The notes below the pieces were generated by a model. It did no database searches. It saw only the letters and a list, made by a program, of their open reading frames with translations, and was not told where the DNA came from. This document shows positions 11,237-21,366 of a DNA stretch of 57,964 bases, piece by piece. Position numbers and translations under genes: made by a program. Source of the stretch: an uncultured Alphaproteobacteria bacterium (GTDB taxonomy: Bacteria > Pseudomonadota > Alphaproteobacteria > Rs-D84 > CASDRH01); assembly GCA_963541805.1 (NCBI GenBank), contig CAUTVF010000001.1:1-57964 (forward strand), given 5' to 3'. The first letter of the stretch is position 1, and each line of letters begins with the position of its first letter.

Positions 11237-12067
11237 TTATTTCTTCAATTTATGACGACTTGTTATAATAAACTTTTCTGTTCTTTTATTCTTACGTGTC
11301 TTATACCCTTTTGCCGGAACACCGGTTGGAGATGTCGGATGCTTACCAAACGTCTTACCATTACCTCCACCATGAGGGTGATCAATAGGATTCATAGCAG
11401 TACCTCTTGTATGAGGGCGCATACCTAAATTTCTAGCACGACCAGCCTTACCAAGCTTAACATTACGATTATCAGAATTAGAAACAGCTCCAATCGTTGC
11501 ATAACAATCAGCATTAACAACTCTCAACTCACCAGAACTCAACTTTAACTGAGCATAACCAGAATCTTTTCCAACCAAACCAGCATAACAACCAGCCGAC
11601 CGAACCAACTGAGCCCCACAACCACTATACATCTCAATATTATGGACCACCGTTCCAACAGGAATATTTTTAAGAGGCATAGCATTACCTGGCTTAATAT
11701 CAACATTTTCACCAGCAACTATCTTATCCCCCACCGCAAGCCTTTGAGGAGCTAAAATATAAGACAAAACACCATCAGCATACTCAACCAATGCAATAAA
11801 AGCCGTTCTATTCGGATCATATTCTATTCTTTTGACAGTAGCATAAATATCTCTTTTTAAACGCTTAAAATCAATAATACGATAACGTCTTTTAACCCCA
11901 CCACCAACATTTCTTGCAGTAATTCTGCCAAGATTATTTCTTCCACCGGACTTCCTAAGACCAACAGTTAAACTCTTCTCAGGAGAACCCTTATAAAGAT
12001 CCTTCCTATCTACAGACACAACCCCACGAAGCCCAGGCGTACAAGGTTTATATATTTTTAAAGCCAT
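11237..12067 (-). CDS. rplB: 50S ribosomal protein L2
   Basis: [19 protein letters not shown], 276 aa. Confidence 0.98.
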   Translation of the reverse strand: MALKIYKPCTPGLRGVVSVDRKDLYKGSPEKSLTVGLRKSGGRNNLGRITARNVGGGVKRRYRIIDFKRLKRDIYATVKRIEYDPNRTAFIALVEYADGVLSYILAPQRLAVGDKIVAGENVDIKPGNAMPLKNIPVGTVVHNIEMYSGCGAQLVRSAGCYAGLVGKDSGYAQLKLSSGELRVVNADCYATIGAVSNSDNRNVKLGKAGRARNLGMRPHTRGTAMNPIDHPHGGGNGKTFGKHPTSPTGVPAKGYKTRKNKRTEKFIITSRHKLKK

Positions 12068-12082
12068 AACAAAATTCCTTCA

Positions 12083-12448
12083 CTATTTAATTCCTGCAAA
12101 CACATCTATATTTGCACCCTTTTCCAAGGTTACATAAGCCCTTTTAATATCAGATCTGACACCCGACACACCTTTAAACCTCTTTACCTTACCTTTTCGG
12201 ATTAAAGTATTCACCGAAACAACACCAATACCATAAATAGCAGAAACAGCCTCCGCAATCTCTTTTTTAGTCGCCTTAACAGGAACATCAAAAACAATCT
12301 TACCCATTTCAGAAACAAACGTCGTCTTCTCTGTAATTACAGACCTCTTTAATAAATTATAAACATCAGAGTTCAATGTAGATAAGGTACCCTTCTTCAC
12401 AACACAAACTGAAGACTTCTCATATTTTTTTAATTTATCATTTTTCAT
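12083..12448 (-). CDS. rplW: 50S ribosomal protein L23
   Basis: SVITEKTTFVSEMGKIVFDVPVKATKKEIAEAVSAIYGIGVVSVNTL. The ATG at 12446-12448 is preferred over the TTG at 12469, so the start is uncertain. Confidence 0.9.
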   Translation of the reverse strand: MKNDKLKKYEKSSVCVVKKGTLSTLNSDVYNLLKRSVITEKTTFVSEMGKIVFDVPVKATKKEIAEAVSAIYGIGVVSVNTLIRKGKVKRFKGVSGVRSDIKRAYVTLEKGANIDVFAGIK

Positions 12449-12471
12449 AACAAACACCGCAAAATCCAAAA

Positions 12472-13101
12472 CTACACAGATTTCATAAACCTACTTATAA
12501 CACCTTTTAGACCATCAGTTGTTATAACGAGGTTTCTATGTTTTAAAATATCATAAACATTAATTCCCTCAACAGGCAAAACATCCGTATGCACTAAATT
12601 ACGAACAGAAGATACGAAAAACTTATTCTCATCCTTCCTCACAACAAACAAAGGCTTCTCAAGCCCCATAGCAGTCAGCTTTTCAAAAACCAACTTCGTA
12701 TTATAACCGTCTAAACTCACCCCATCTAGAACAATCAATTTTTTATCAGCCACCTTCAAAGATAAAGCCATCTTAAGACCAGCAGACCTCACCTTCTTTT
12801 GCAAAGAATATCCATGCTCCCTCACAACAGGACCAAAAGAAACACCACCACCTCTCATTTGAGGAGATCTAGTAGAACCCTGTCTAGCACGCCCAGTACC
12901 TTTCTGAGAATACGGTTTCTTAGTTGTACCAGATATCTCGCTGATCGTCTTGGTCGCATGTGTACCAGCCCTACGTTTTGCAAGCTGCCACAAAACAACA
13001 CGATGCAGAATATCCTTACGAGGCAAAACCTCAAAAACATCGGCGGGCAACTCCACATTACCAACAACAACATTATCCAAAGACTTAACATCTATTTTCA
13101 T
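12472..13101 (-). CDS. rplD: 50S ribosomal protein L4
   Basis: GTTKKPYSQKGTGRARQGSTRSPQMRGGGVSFGP. Confidence 0.95.
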   Translation of the reverse strand: MKIDVKSLDNVVVGNVELPADVFEVLPRKDILHRVVLWQLAKRRAGTHATKTISEISGTTKKPYSQKGTGRARQGSTRSPQMRGGGVSFGPVVREHGYSLQKKVRSAGLKMALSLKVADKKLIVLDGVSLDGYNTKLVFEKLTAMGLEKPLFVVRKDENKFFVSSVRNLVHTDVLPVEGINVYDILKHRNLVITTDGLKGVISRFMKSV

Positions 13102-13103
13102 TA

Positions 13104-13751
13104 CTATACCTTTTGAGTTTTCTTTTCAGCATCTTTGACGAACACAAAACCAGACTTACTACCCGGAACAGCACCCTTCACAAAAATCAGATTGTTCTCA
13201 ATATCCACATCAACAATTTTCAGGTTTTGCACTGTAACATTACTACATCCCATATGTCCAGGCATTTTTTTACCTTTAAACGTTTTTCCAGGATCTTGAC
13301 GTTGACCAGTAGAACCAGAAGAACGGTGAGTCTTTAAAACACCATGACTAGCTTCCATACCTCTAAAATTCCAACGCTTCATACCACCAGCGAACCCCTT
13401 ACCGATTGTAACACCTTGAACATCTACAAAGCCCCCTTTCTCAAAATGAGAAGCTTTTATAACCGACCCAACCTCCATTATAGAATCAGAAGACACCCTA
13501 AACTCTTTAACTTTTTCTGCTAATGTAAAATTATTTTTCTTAGCCTCTTCAACCTGCGGTTTGTTTGCATGCTTTTCTTTGCGAGCACCACAACCCAACA
13601 CCAAAGCATCATACCCATCCTTTTCCAAGGTTTTTACAGACAAAACTCGGCATTCATCAACCTTTAAAACAGTCACAGGCACATGCACCCCTAAGTCATC
13701 AAACAACCTAGTCATGCCAAGTTTTTGCGCTATTATTCCTGTTCTCATCAC
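13104..13751 (-). CDS. rplC: 50S ribosomal protein L3
   Basis: GKGFAGGMKRWNFRGMEASHGVLKTHRSSGSTGQRQDPGKTFKGKKMPGHMG. Confidence 0.96.
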   Translation of the reverse strand: MMRTGIIAQKLGMTRLFDDLGVHVPVTVLKVDECRVLSVKTLEKDGYDALVLGCGARKEKHANKPQVEEAKKNNFTLAEKVKEFRVSSDSIMEVGSVIKASHFEKGGFVDVQGVTIGKGFAGGMKRWNFRGMEASHGVLKTHRSSGSTGQRQDPGKTFKGKKMPGHMGCSNVTVQNLKIVDVDIENNLIFVKGAVPGSKSGFVFVKDAEKKTQKV

Positions 13752-13770
13752 ACTTTCCTTTTCTGTAAAA

Positions 13771-14079
13771 TTACAATTCTATTTTAATATCAACACCAGA
13801 TGGCAAATCTAACTTCATCAAAGCATCAACAGTCTGAGGAGTTGGCTCAATGATATCAATCACGCGTTTATGTGTGCGTATTTCAAACTGCTCCCTGGAT
13901 GTCTTGTATATATGAAAAGACTTATTAACCGTAAAAATCTCTTTCTTCATTGGCAACGGAATCGGCCCCCGAACAGAAGCACCAGTTCGTTTGGCAGTAC
14001 TAACAATCTCTTTTGTAGAATCATCAAGAACATTATTATCAAAAGATCTTATTTTTATTCTTATATTAGAAGCTACCAT
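13771..14079 (-). CDS. rpsJ: 30S ribosomal protein S10
   Basis: [38 protein letters not shown]. It starts 18 nt after the fusA stop. Confidence 0.97.
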   Translation of the reverse strand: MVASNIRIKIRSFDNNVLDDSTKEIVSTAKRTGASVRGPIPLPMKKEIFTVNKSFHIYKTSREQFEIRTHKRVIDIIEPTPQTVDALMKLDLPSGVDIKIEL

Positions 14080-14097
14080 TATTTTTCTCCTACAATC

Positions 14098-16185
14098 CTA
14101 TTTTACTTCACCCTTGCTTTTTGCTATAATTTCTTCCGCAACGTTGCTTGGAACATCAGCATAATTACTAAATACCATCGAATACTGAGCGCGCCCCTGA
14201 CTCATAGACCTCAAAGTATTAACATATCCAAACATATTAGCCAAAGGAACCTTCGCAAGTATAACTCTTGCATTTCCTTGAGAATCCATATTTGAAACCT
14301 GCCCACGCCTAGAATTAATATCACCAATAATATCACCCATATACTCTTCAGGAGTTACAATTTCAACAGCCATAATAGGCTCTAAAATCTTTGGTCCAGA
14401 CGAAGCAATACCTTCACGAAAAGCAGCACGTGCAGCAATCTCAAAAGCAAGAGAAGAAGAATCAACCTCATGATACGCTCCATCAACAAGCGTTGCTTTA
14501 AAATCTGTACACTGATAACCAGCCAACACCCCAGTAGTCATCGCAGATTTCAAACCCTTTTCAACTGCAGGAATATATTCCTTAGGAACCGCCCCACCAA
14601 CAATTTTACTTTCAAAAACAAAGCCAGATCCTTGTTCTAGCGGCTCAAAGACAATATCAACCTTAGCAAACTGACCAGCCCCGCCGGTTTGCTTCTTATG
14701 AGTATAATGTTCAGTAAACTCCTTTGAAATAGTCTCTCGATAAGCAACCTGAGGAGCCCCAATATTTGCATCAACTTTAAACTCGCGCTTCATTCTATCA
14801 ACAATAATTTCCAAATGAAGTTCACCCATTCCTTTTATGATTGTCTGACCCGATTCTTGATCCGTTGCAACACGAAACGACGGATCCTCCATTGATAAAC
14901 GCTGCAAAGCCAAGGCCATTTTCTCAATATCAGCTTTCGTTTTTGGTTCAACAGCAACCTCAATCACAGGATCAGGAAACTCCATTTTTTCCAATACAAT
15001 TGGCTTCAAAGAATCACATAGAGTATCACCGGTTGTTGTATCCTTCAAGCCAACAAGAGCTACAATATCCCCAGCATAAGCTTCTTTTATATCCTCGCGA
15101 TTATTTGAATGCATCAATAAAATACGACCAATTCTCTCTTTAGAATCCTTGACAGAATTATACACATAAGAGCCCGCTTCTAACTTACCAGAATATATAC
15201 GGATAAATGTAAGAGAACCAACAAAAGGATCATTCATAATCTTGAAAGCTAAAGCAGACAAAGGTTCATCATCGGAATGTTTTCTAACCTCAACTTGATC
15301 GTTTTTCGGATTTACACCCTGAACCTCAGCAATATCAATAGGAGACGGAAGATAATCAACAACAGCATCAAGTAAAGTCTGAACCCCCTTATTCTTAAAA
15401 GAAGATCCACACAAAACAGGAACGAATTTCATCGCTATAACACCCTTGCGAATACACTTCTTAATTGCATCAACGGAAATTTCGTCACCGTTTAAATACG
15501 ATTCCATGATAGCATCATCCTGTTCCACAACCATCTCGATCATGCTATTGCGTGCAACTTCAACATCAGACTTCATATCTTCAGGAATATCAACAACGTC
15601 ATAGTTCGCACCAAGATCTTCATTCTTCCAAACCAAAGCTCGATTTTCAACTAAATCAACAACCCCAACAAAATCAGCCTCTTTCCCAATTGGAAGCTGA
15701 ACAGGTAACGGATTTGCTCCCAATCTATCTTTTATCATGTGTACGCAATTTGGAAAATTTGCACCAACCCTATCCATCTTATTGATAAAACAAATACGAG
15801 GAACTTTATACTTATCAGCCTGTCTCCAAACAGTTTCCGATTGTGGCTGAACACCAGACACAGATTCAAAAACAGCAACAGCCCCATCTAAAACACGAAG
15901 CGACCTTTCAACCTCGACAGTAAAATCAACGTGCCCAGGAGTATCAATAATATTGATGCGATGGTCCCGCCAAAAACAAGTTGTAGCAGCAGATGTTATT
16001 GTAATTCCACGCTCCTGTTCCTGCTCCATCCAATCCATAGTAGCAGCACCATCATGCACCTCACCAATCTTATGAGACTTACCAGTATAAAATAATATCC
16101 TCTCGGTAGTCGTGGTTTTACCAGCATCAATATGAGCCATAATACCGATATTTCTATATTTCTCAATTGATTTTAACCTAGACAT
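14098..16185 (-). CDS. fusA: Translation elongation factor G
   Basis: 695 aa; [36 protein letters not shown]. Confidence 0.98.
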   Translation of the reverse strand: MSRLKSIEKYRNIGIMAHIDAGKTTTTERILFYTGKSHKIGEVHDGAATMDWMEQEQERGITITSAATTCFWRDHRINIIDTPGHVDFTVEVERSLRVLDGAVAVFESVSGVQPQSETVWRQADKYKVPRICFINKMDRVGANFPNCVHMIKDRLGANPLPVQLPIGKEADFVGVVDLVENRALVWKNEDLGANYDVVDIPEDMKSDVEVARNSMIEMVVEQDDAIMESYLNGDEISVDAIKKCIRKGVIAMKFVPVLCGSSFKNKGVQTLLDAVVDYLPSPIDIAEVQGVNPKNDQVEVRKHSDDEPLSALAFKIMNDPFVGSLTFIRIYSGKLEAGSYVYNSVKDSKERIGRILLMHSNNREDIKEAYAGDIVALVGLKDTTTGDTLCDSLKPIVLEKMEFPDPVIEVAVEPKTKADIEKMALALQRLSMEDPSFRVATDQESGQTIIKGMGELHLEIIVDRMKREFKVDANIGAPQVAYRETISKEFTEHYTHKKQTGGAGQFAKVDIVFEPLEQGSGFVFESKIVGGAVPKEYIPAVEKGLKSAMTTGVLAGYQCTDFKATLVDGAYHEVDSSSLAFEIAARAAFREGIASSGPKILEPIMAVEIVTPEEYMGDIIGDINSRRGQVSNMDSQGNARVILAKVPLANMFGYVNTLRSMSQGRAQYSMVFSNYADVPSNVAEEIIAKSKGEVK

Positions 16186-16214
16186 CTTAATTCCAAATAC
16201 AAATTAAACCACAA

Positions 16215-16691
16215 TTACCATCTGAAATGAGCAAAAGCCTTATTCGCTTCCGCCATTTTATGAACATCAGAACGCTTCTTTATTGCACTACCCTGCCCAT
16301 CCATAATATCAGAAAATTCTTTATATAATTTTTCATCCATAGTCTTATCTTTGCGAGCACGAGCCGCTTCTATAATCCAACGAATCGCAAGAGCCTGCTT
16401 ACGAGACGCGCGAACATCACTCGGAACTTGATAAGTTGCTCCACCAACACGACGCGCCCTAACCTCAAGAGACGGTTTAACCTTATCAACACACTCATTA
16501 AACGTGTTAATAATATCATCACCTTTGATCTTTAAATCTTTAGCAAGCATATCCAACGAAGAATAAACAATCTTTTCTGCAACAGCTTTTTTACCATCAT
16601 ACATAAGGGCATTTATAAACTTAGCCAGAACAAGATCTTTATACTTAGGATCTGGGTTAATACTTCTAGGTTGAATTTTTGCTTTTCTCAT
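16215..16691 (-). CDS. rpsG: 30S ribosomal protein S7
   Basis: DPKYKDLVLAKFINALMYDGKKAVAEKIVY ... AFAHFRW. Confidence 0.97.
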   Translation of the reverse strand: MRKAKIQPRSINPDPKYKDLVLAKFINALMYDGKKAVAEKIVYSSLDMLAKDLKIKGDDIINTFNECVDKVKPSLEVRARRVGGATYQVPSDVRASRKQALAIRWIIEAARARKDKTMDEKLYKEFSDIMDGQGSAIKKRSDVHKMAEANKAFAHFRW

Positions 16692-16709
16692 TCACAATTC
16701 CTTTTTCTA

Positions 16710-17084
16710 TTAATCTTTTGGACGCTTTGCACCGTATCCAGAACGCTGTTGACGACGTTTCGAAACCCCTTGAGTATCCAAAACACCTCTAATAATATGA
16801 TAACGAACACCTGGTAAATCTTTCACCCTCCCACCGCGAATCACAACAACAGAGTGTTCCTGCAAATTATGCCCCTCTCCAGGAATATATGCAGTAACCT
16901 CAAAACCATTCACCAATTTAACACGAGCAACCTTACGTAAAGCAGAATTAGGTTTCTTTGGAGTTGTAGTATACACACGAGTACAAACACCTCTCTTTTG
17001 AGGATTCTGTTTCATTGCAGGGACTTTTGATTTAACCGTCTTACTTTGCCTTGGTTTTCTGATTAACTGACTGATCGTTGGCAT
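16710..17084 (-). CDS. rpsL: 30S ribosomal protein S12
   Basis: [13 protein letters not shown] ... [18 protein letters not shown]. Confidence 0.98.
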   Translation of the reverse strand: MPTISQLIRKPRQSKTVKSKVPAMKQNPQKRGVCTRVYTTTPKKPNSALRKVARVKLVNGFEVTAYIPGEGHNLQEHSVVVIRGGRVKDLPGVRYHIIRGVLDTQGVSKRRQQRSGYGAKRPKD

Positions 17085-17243
17085 ATTCTATCCTTCTCTT
17101 TTACACTTAAAGCTATAAGTGTAATAATATTTATAATCTCTATTTTGTGTTGCTTGCTTGTAATAAAAACAAGGTTTCAACAAAAAGACAAACCCACTTT
17201 ATACGAATCACAAACAGTAGAGTTTTATTTTTTCAACTTGCGC

Positions 17244-17272
17244 ATGGTAAAGTATTAGTAATATTTTGTCAA
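17244..17272 (-). promoter_or_regulatory. Candidate sigma70-type promoter of the str/S10/spc/alpha super-operon
   Basis: On the minus strand, TTGACA (17267-17272), a 17-nt spacer, then TACCAT (17244-17249). This implies a 5'UTR of about 150 nt before rpsL. Confidence 0.45.
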
Positions 17273-17337
17273 GCTTGTAAATTTAATATTGATTAATTTA
17301 TTATAAGTTTGATAATTGGTGTAATGAAGGAGATCGT

Positions 17338-18117
17338 ATGTTTCTTAAAAAAGTTGTTAATTATATAAAATCCATACACTACGATAAAGGAGTTATTCAT
17401 TATGATAGTTTAGACAGTACAAACGAAGAAGCAAAAAGATTGATTCAAACTGGGTCGATTGAAAGATCTGCTATAATAATCGCTGATACTCAAACAAGTG
17501 GAAAAACAACAAAAATTAATAAAATTTGGAACAGCCCTATCGGTAATTTGTACACAAGCTATATCTATAAAATAGACAATGTTAACTATTTAACTAAAAT
17601 ATCTTCTCTTGTATCAGTTGCCATACTACGCACAATTCAGTATTTTAGTGTGTCCTGTGATTTAAAAACGGTTGATATCAAAATTAAGTGGCCAAATGAT
17701 ATATTAATCAATGAAAAAAAACTATCAGGAATATTGATAGAAGTTGAAAAATTTAAAAAAGATACATTTGTAATAATTGGAACTGGCGTAAATATTTTAA
17801 AGGCGCCAAAAATAAATGATGGGAGATCCGCTACAAGTTTAATCGATGAGGGTTTCTATCTTAATGTGCATAAATTTGCAAAAATTTACAATAATATTTT
17901 GAAGAGAATGTTAAATAAATTGGATGATCAAAGTTTTTTAGAAATTAGAAAAACTATTTTACAATATTCTTATAAAATTGGGGAGAATATCAAAATAATG
18001 ACATCAGATGGAAAAAAGCTTTCTGGTAAATTCGCTCATATCGATAAAAGAGGAGCATTAATACTGGAAACTAAAAAAGGTGATATGGTTCAGGTTATGT
18101 CTGGCAGTATCATTTAA
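17338..18117 (+). CDS. birA: Biotin-[acetyl-CoA-carboxylase] ligase, no HTH domain, divergent biotin-binding loop
   Basis: KWPNDILINEKKLSGILIE and WNSPIGNLYTS motifs. The canonical GRGRxGR loop reads GKTTKINKI. Confidence 0.8.
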   Translation: MFLKKVVNYIKSIHYDKGVIHYDSLDSTNEEAKRLIQTGSIERSAIIIADTQTSGKTTKINKIWNSPIGNLYTSYIYKIDNVNYLTKISSLVSVAILRTIQYFSVSCDLKTVDIKIKWPNDILINEKKLSGILIEVEKFKKDTFVIIGTGVNILKAPKINDGRSATSLIDEGFYLNVHKFAKIYNNILKRMLNKLDDQSFLEIRKTILQYSYKIGENIKIMTSDGKKLSGKFAHIDKRGALILETKKGDMVQVMSGSII

Positions 18118-18121
18118 TTAT

Positions 18122-18196
18122 GCGGATATAGTTTAATGGATAAAACTTCGGTTTCCGGAACCGACGATTTGGGTTCGATTCCCGATATCCGTGCCA
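18122..18196 (+). tRNA. tRNA-Arg (anticodon CCG)
   Basis: Hand-folded cloverleaf with acceptor GCGGATA/TATCCGT (G1-U72 wobble), anticodon arm TCGGT-TTCCGGA-ACCGA, T-loop TTCGATT and an encoded CCA. Confidence 0.88.
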
Positions 18197-18198
18197 AT

Positions 18199-19020
18199 TT
18201 ACTCCACAGATACTTGTCTTATATCTATATCATATCCCATTATTATAGTCGATTGTTCTTTGTATTTTTGATTAATTTTTGTAACATAAAATTTACGATT
18301 TTCATTTTTAGTTAACAAATTTTCAATTTCTTTATGCTTATTCAAATATAATTTTAAACTATCTGCAATTATCTCATCTTGCGATATCATTGGAACTGAA
18401 TTTTTAAAAAATTTTTGTAAAGATTTACCTATCAAATCTTTATAGTATGGATAATGAGTACATCCAAGTATCAACGCTTCAATATCAGGATTTAACCGAG
18501 ACAATTGTTTGATATATCTATCAATAATATAAGGGGCAAGATCATCACGTTTTTTCTCAATTAACTGAACTAGTATTGGAGTTGCAAGCGAAGTTATATT
18601 TATATTGTAGTTTGATTCTTTAAATTTTTCCAGATACAACGACGAATCAACCGTACTCTGTGTTGCAATCAAACCTATATTTTTATATTCATGCTTAATT
18701 ACTTCTTCAACTGTTGGTGCAATTACACCTAGTATTTTCCGATTCGGAAATTTAGATGGCATATAAATTTGCTGTAGCTTTCTAAGGGATGCAACAGAAG
18801 CAGTATTACAAGCAACAACAATTAAACCACAATTTTCATATTCAAACATACGATTAATGCAATCGGTTGTAAGTTTATGAATAATTTCTACAGTCTTTTG
18901 TCCATACGGAACATTTGCAGTATCTCCCATGTACACAAAATCATACTCTGGCATTGCATCAATTAAAGACTTGGCAATTATCAAACCACCAAGTCCACTA
19001 TCAAATACGCCTATATTCAT
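18199..19020 (-). CDS. murI: Glutamate racemase
   Basis: MNIGVFDSGLGGL, VVACNTAS and GCTHYP catalytic motifs. Confidence 0.92.
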   Translation of the reverse strand: MNIGVFDSGLGGLIIAKSLIDAMPEYDFVYMGDTANVPYGQKTVEIIHKLTTDCINRMFEYENCGLIVVACNTASVASLRKLQQIYMPSKFPNRKILGVIAPTVEEVIKHEYKNIGLIATQSTVDSSLYLEKFKESNYNINITSLATPILVQLIEKKRDDLAPYIIDRYIKQLSRLNPDIEALILGCTHYPYYKDLIGKSLQKFFKNSVPMISQDEIIADSLKLYLNKHKEIENLLTKNENRKFYVTKINQKYKEQSTIIMGYDIDIRQVSVE

Positions 19021-19088
19021 ATTTCACCCAAAATACAAGAAACAACCTCATAAGTTTATAATTAAATAACCCATTTTACAAATGTATA

Positions 19089-19697
19089 TTAAAATTTAAT
19101 TACTAAACCAACTGTTGGAGAAAAACTTGATTTCATATCACTGTATCCAGTAAATACAATTTGATTATACATAATTTTCAAATCAAGATTTGAATTTAAA
19201 TGCAACCCAACACCAAATCCAATTTTAAATCCATTTCCTGTAGTTCTAGTTGTATTATTAAAAGAATATGCTTTTGCAGTCTGCCTTAAAAATCCTGCAG
19301 AAAAAATTCCATCACAATACTTATGTAATTTTAAATAAGGAGCAATACCAAAACCAAACGAATAAAAACTATTCATAATATGTCCGAACGTTGGTGATGT
19401 TATCATTTTACCTTTAAAAGATGGAGCATATTGATAAAATACTTCCAATTTAAAAATATTGTCAACATCAACTCCGATTAAAAAATTTTCCGCTACAAAA
19501 TTATTTGAGAATTTAGATTCTAAATTTTTCAATTTATAATCGATAACATTATATGCACCTTCAAAACCGATATAATAATTAAACATACCAGGTTGATAAT
19601 CATCATATTCTCTGCGGTATGATTGTGCACCTGTGCAGATATCCGCAAAACTTAACATAAATATCATAATATTAACAATACATATATTTATCTTCAT
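19089..19697 (-). CDS. Small outer-membrane beta-barrel protein
   Basis: Signal peptide MKINICIVNIMIFMLSFA, alternating aromatic strands and a C-terminal ...VGLVIKF. The ATG at 19695-19697 lies 5 nt after GGGAG. Confidence 0.5.
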   Translation of the reverse strand: MKINICIVNIMIFMLSFADICTGAQSYRREYDDYQPGMFNYYIGFEGAYNVIDYKLKNLESKFSNNFVAENFLIGVDVDNIFKLEVFYQYAPSFKGKMITSPTFGHIMNSFYSFGFGIAPYLKLHKYCDGIFSAGFLRQTAKAYSFNNTTRTTGNGFKIGFGVGLHLNSNLDLKIMYNQIVFTGYSDMKSSFSPTVGLVIKF

Positions 19698-19721
19698 TTT
19701 TTCTCCCATTTCATAATTATA

Positions 19722-20420
19722 TTAGTTCTTCTTTTGTGCCACTTCTCCAAGAGATGTATTAAATTTTTTTAAAATTCTGCGACGCAGCTCATCATTCTTA
19801 GTATCCATATTTTCCGATTTTACTTCTTGTTTTTCAATTACTTTTACATTATCCATAGATCCCATATTTAATGGATCTTGATTGTTATTCTGCATCCTTT
19901 GCACAACAGAATACGCATCAGAATTCGTAATAGATTTTGGCAACGGTATTTCAGGATTATTTTTTTCAGCATTCTGCTGCAAATTATGTTTTTTATCTGC
20001 ATTTGCTAAATTAGCTGGTTCAGACTTTACAATTACATCAATGTTTTGTTTTTTTATTTGGACATTATTACCTTTCCCTGTCCGTTTTTTTAAAGTATCC
20101 AATTGATAAAATTGTTTTTGCTTTACCGATTTAGAACAACAAAATGAATGTAAAAATTTGTAGAAATAAATAACTGATAAAAAAGTTACACTTAAAAAAA
20201 CAAAAATCAAACCAAATGATAAAGAGGTAAAAGCAATACCTAACATTATATTCGCATGCAATATTTTGTTTGCAATTAACAAAATATTATTTACCACATC
20301 ATGTGACAAAATATTAATCTGCCAAAGATTCCAGTATAAAATATCGAACAAAAATAATAATAACGCAGATAATACGCATCCGAATAACATACTGATGATT
20401 ATATTTAATACTTTTCTCAT
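19722..20420 (-). CDS. Hypothetical membrane protein (2-3 TM helices plus Asn/Lys/Gln-rich tail)
   Basis: 232-aa ORF with a hydrophobic N-terminal third and a low-complexity C-terminus. No family recognised. Confidence 0.5.
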   Translation of the reverse strand: MRKVLNIIISMLFGCVLSALLLFLFDILYWNLWQINILSHDVVNNILLIANKILHANIMLGIAFTSLSFGLIFVFLSVTFLSVIYFYKFLHSFCCSKSVKQKQFYQLDTLKKRTGKGNNVQIKKQNIDVIVKSEPANLANADKKHNLQQNAEKNNPEIPLPKSITNSDAYSVVQRMQNNNQDPLNMGSMDNVKVIEKQEVKSENMDTKNDELRRRILKKFNTSLGEVAQKKN

Positions 20421-20428
20421 TACTCGAC

Positions 20429-20457
20429 AATATAGACATAAAATATTATTTTGTCAA
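20429..20457 (-). promoter_or_regulatory. Candidate promoter giving a leaderless or near-leaderless mRNA for 19722-20420
   Basis: On the minus strand, TTGACA (20452-20457), 17 nt, then TATATT (20429-20434). Only 8 nt separate the -10 from the ATG, with no SD. Confidence 0.4.
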
Positions 20458-20492
20458 GATTATTAGTATGATAATACAATCATAAATATTTA

Positions 20493-20521
20493 TTGACAAA
20501 AAAATTTTATTTGTTTAACTA
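20493..20521 (+). promoter_or_regulatory. Cassette promoter P1 (paralog A)
   Basis: TTGACAAAA..TTTGTTTA spacer, TAACTA at 17-nt spacing, AGGAGG SD. The ATG is 61 nt from the first base of the -35. Confidence 0.55.
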
Positions 20522-20553
20522 TGTAAGTACAGATCTATTTTTAAGGAGGCCTT

Positions 20554-21048
20554 ATGGCATTATATGTCAATTGCGACTTAAGTGCAGATGGATGGATTGG
20601 GCAGTATACGTATGGTAGACGAATACTTGTAATCAATAATCTTAATAAAAAATTTGCAGCAAATCATAAGATTTATTGTTCTACAAGATATACATCTACA
20701 TCACAATTCGGAGCAATATTTATAAATCCGACTCAAAAAGATACTTTTAAAAGCTGGCGAACTTTGGGATTATTTCTGATAAACTCCAGAGCTCAACATG
20801 GTTACCGCGTACTTGTAAACCCAAATGACAGACGAGGAATTAAAAGATATGAAATATTTCATAATTTTAGTTATCAGGGAGTCAAATTATGCAGTAAAAT
20901 TGGACTTTACAAGGTTGGAGTATGTATCGTAACGGAGCCAGAAAGCAAAGTAGACCAAAAAAGTTACTGGCAATTAACCAAAAAAGGTTGGGTTTTCCTC
21001 GGACATATCCTACCAACCCAGTACAAAGGTTTCATTCCCAGATATTAA
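20554..21048 (+). CDS. Unrecognised-family protein, paralog A (164 aa)
   Basis: Homologous to the ORFs at 21367 and 22019 through shared blocks LYVNxDL, GLFLI, GYRVLVNPND, GLYKVGVCIVT and YWQLTKKGW. It has a strong SD and its own terminator. Confidence 0.75.
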   Translation: MALYVNCDLSADGWIGQYTYGRRILVINNLNKKFAANHKIYCSTRYTSTSQFGAIFINPTQKDTFKSWRTLGLFLINSRAQHGYRVLVNPNDRRGIKRYEIFHNFSYQGVKLCSKIGLYKVGVCIVTEPESKVDQKSYWQLTKKGWVFLGHILPTQYKGFIPRY

Positions 21049-21068
21049 AAGCACTCACCACACCCATA

Positions 21069-21095
21069 TACCTCCGATTTCTCGGAGGTATTTTT
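21069..21095 (+). terminator. Rho-independent terminator of paralog A
   Basis: TACCTCCGA-tttc-TCGGAGGTA followed by TTTTT. Confidence 0.7.
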
Positions 21096-21118
21096 AAATC
21101 ATAAATATCCTAAAAGAT

Positions 21119-21208
21119 TGGCGGAGGGACTGGGATTCGAACCCAGGGCACCAATTTCTCGGTGCACGGATTAGCAATCCGCTGTATTAACCGCTCTACC
21201 ACCCCTCC
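21119..21208 (-). tRNA. tRNA-Ser (anticodon GCU)
   Basis: The reverse complement GGAGGGGTGGTAGAGCGG...GCGGATTGCTAATCCGT... has a long variable arm, T-loop TTCGAAT and an encoded CCA. Confidence 0.9.
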
Positions 21209-21304
21209 ACACAAATTACTAACGTTTCGGAGTAAATCAAATTTATAAAAATAAGTCAAGCCGTTTTAGTATTAATTAAATTATCTATTTTATTAATATT
21301 TAAT

Positions 21305-21333
21305 TTGACAAAAAATTATTATTTGTTTATCAT
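21305..21333 (+). promoter_or_regulatory. Cassette promoter P2 (paralog B)
   Basis: TTGACA, 17 nt (ending ATTTGTT), TATCAT, then GGAGG SD. The ATG is 62 nt from the -35. Confidence 0.6.
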
Positions 21334-21366
21334 ACAAACATACATTTATTTTTATGGAGGATTTTT

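Noticed and set aside
12799-13138. Many 60-140-aa ORFs in the track are nested inside, or antisense to, conserved genes. Examples are 146-346, 1261-1512, 1810-2004, 3695-3907, 5391-5609, 5837-6384, 12799-13138, 13870-14295, 14841-15143, 23910-24302 and 56883-57239.
   Set aside because: They overlap strongly conserved ribosomal or housekeeping CDSs. Their low-complexity, Leu/Ser/Phe-rich translations are typical of off-frame AT-rich sequence. None has a visible SD or promoter.
21049-21366. att-like direct repeats of the tRNA-Ser or tRNA-Thr 3' ends that would delimit integrated islands. The interval 55374-57235 was scanned as well.
   Set aside because: Visual scanning found no partial copies of the tRNA 3' halves (e.g. 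GGGATTCGAAC, CCACCGGCA), and no integrase gene is present. A proper repeat search is still needed.
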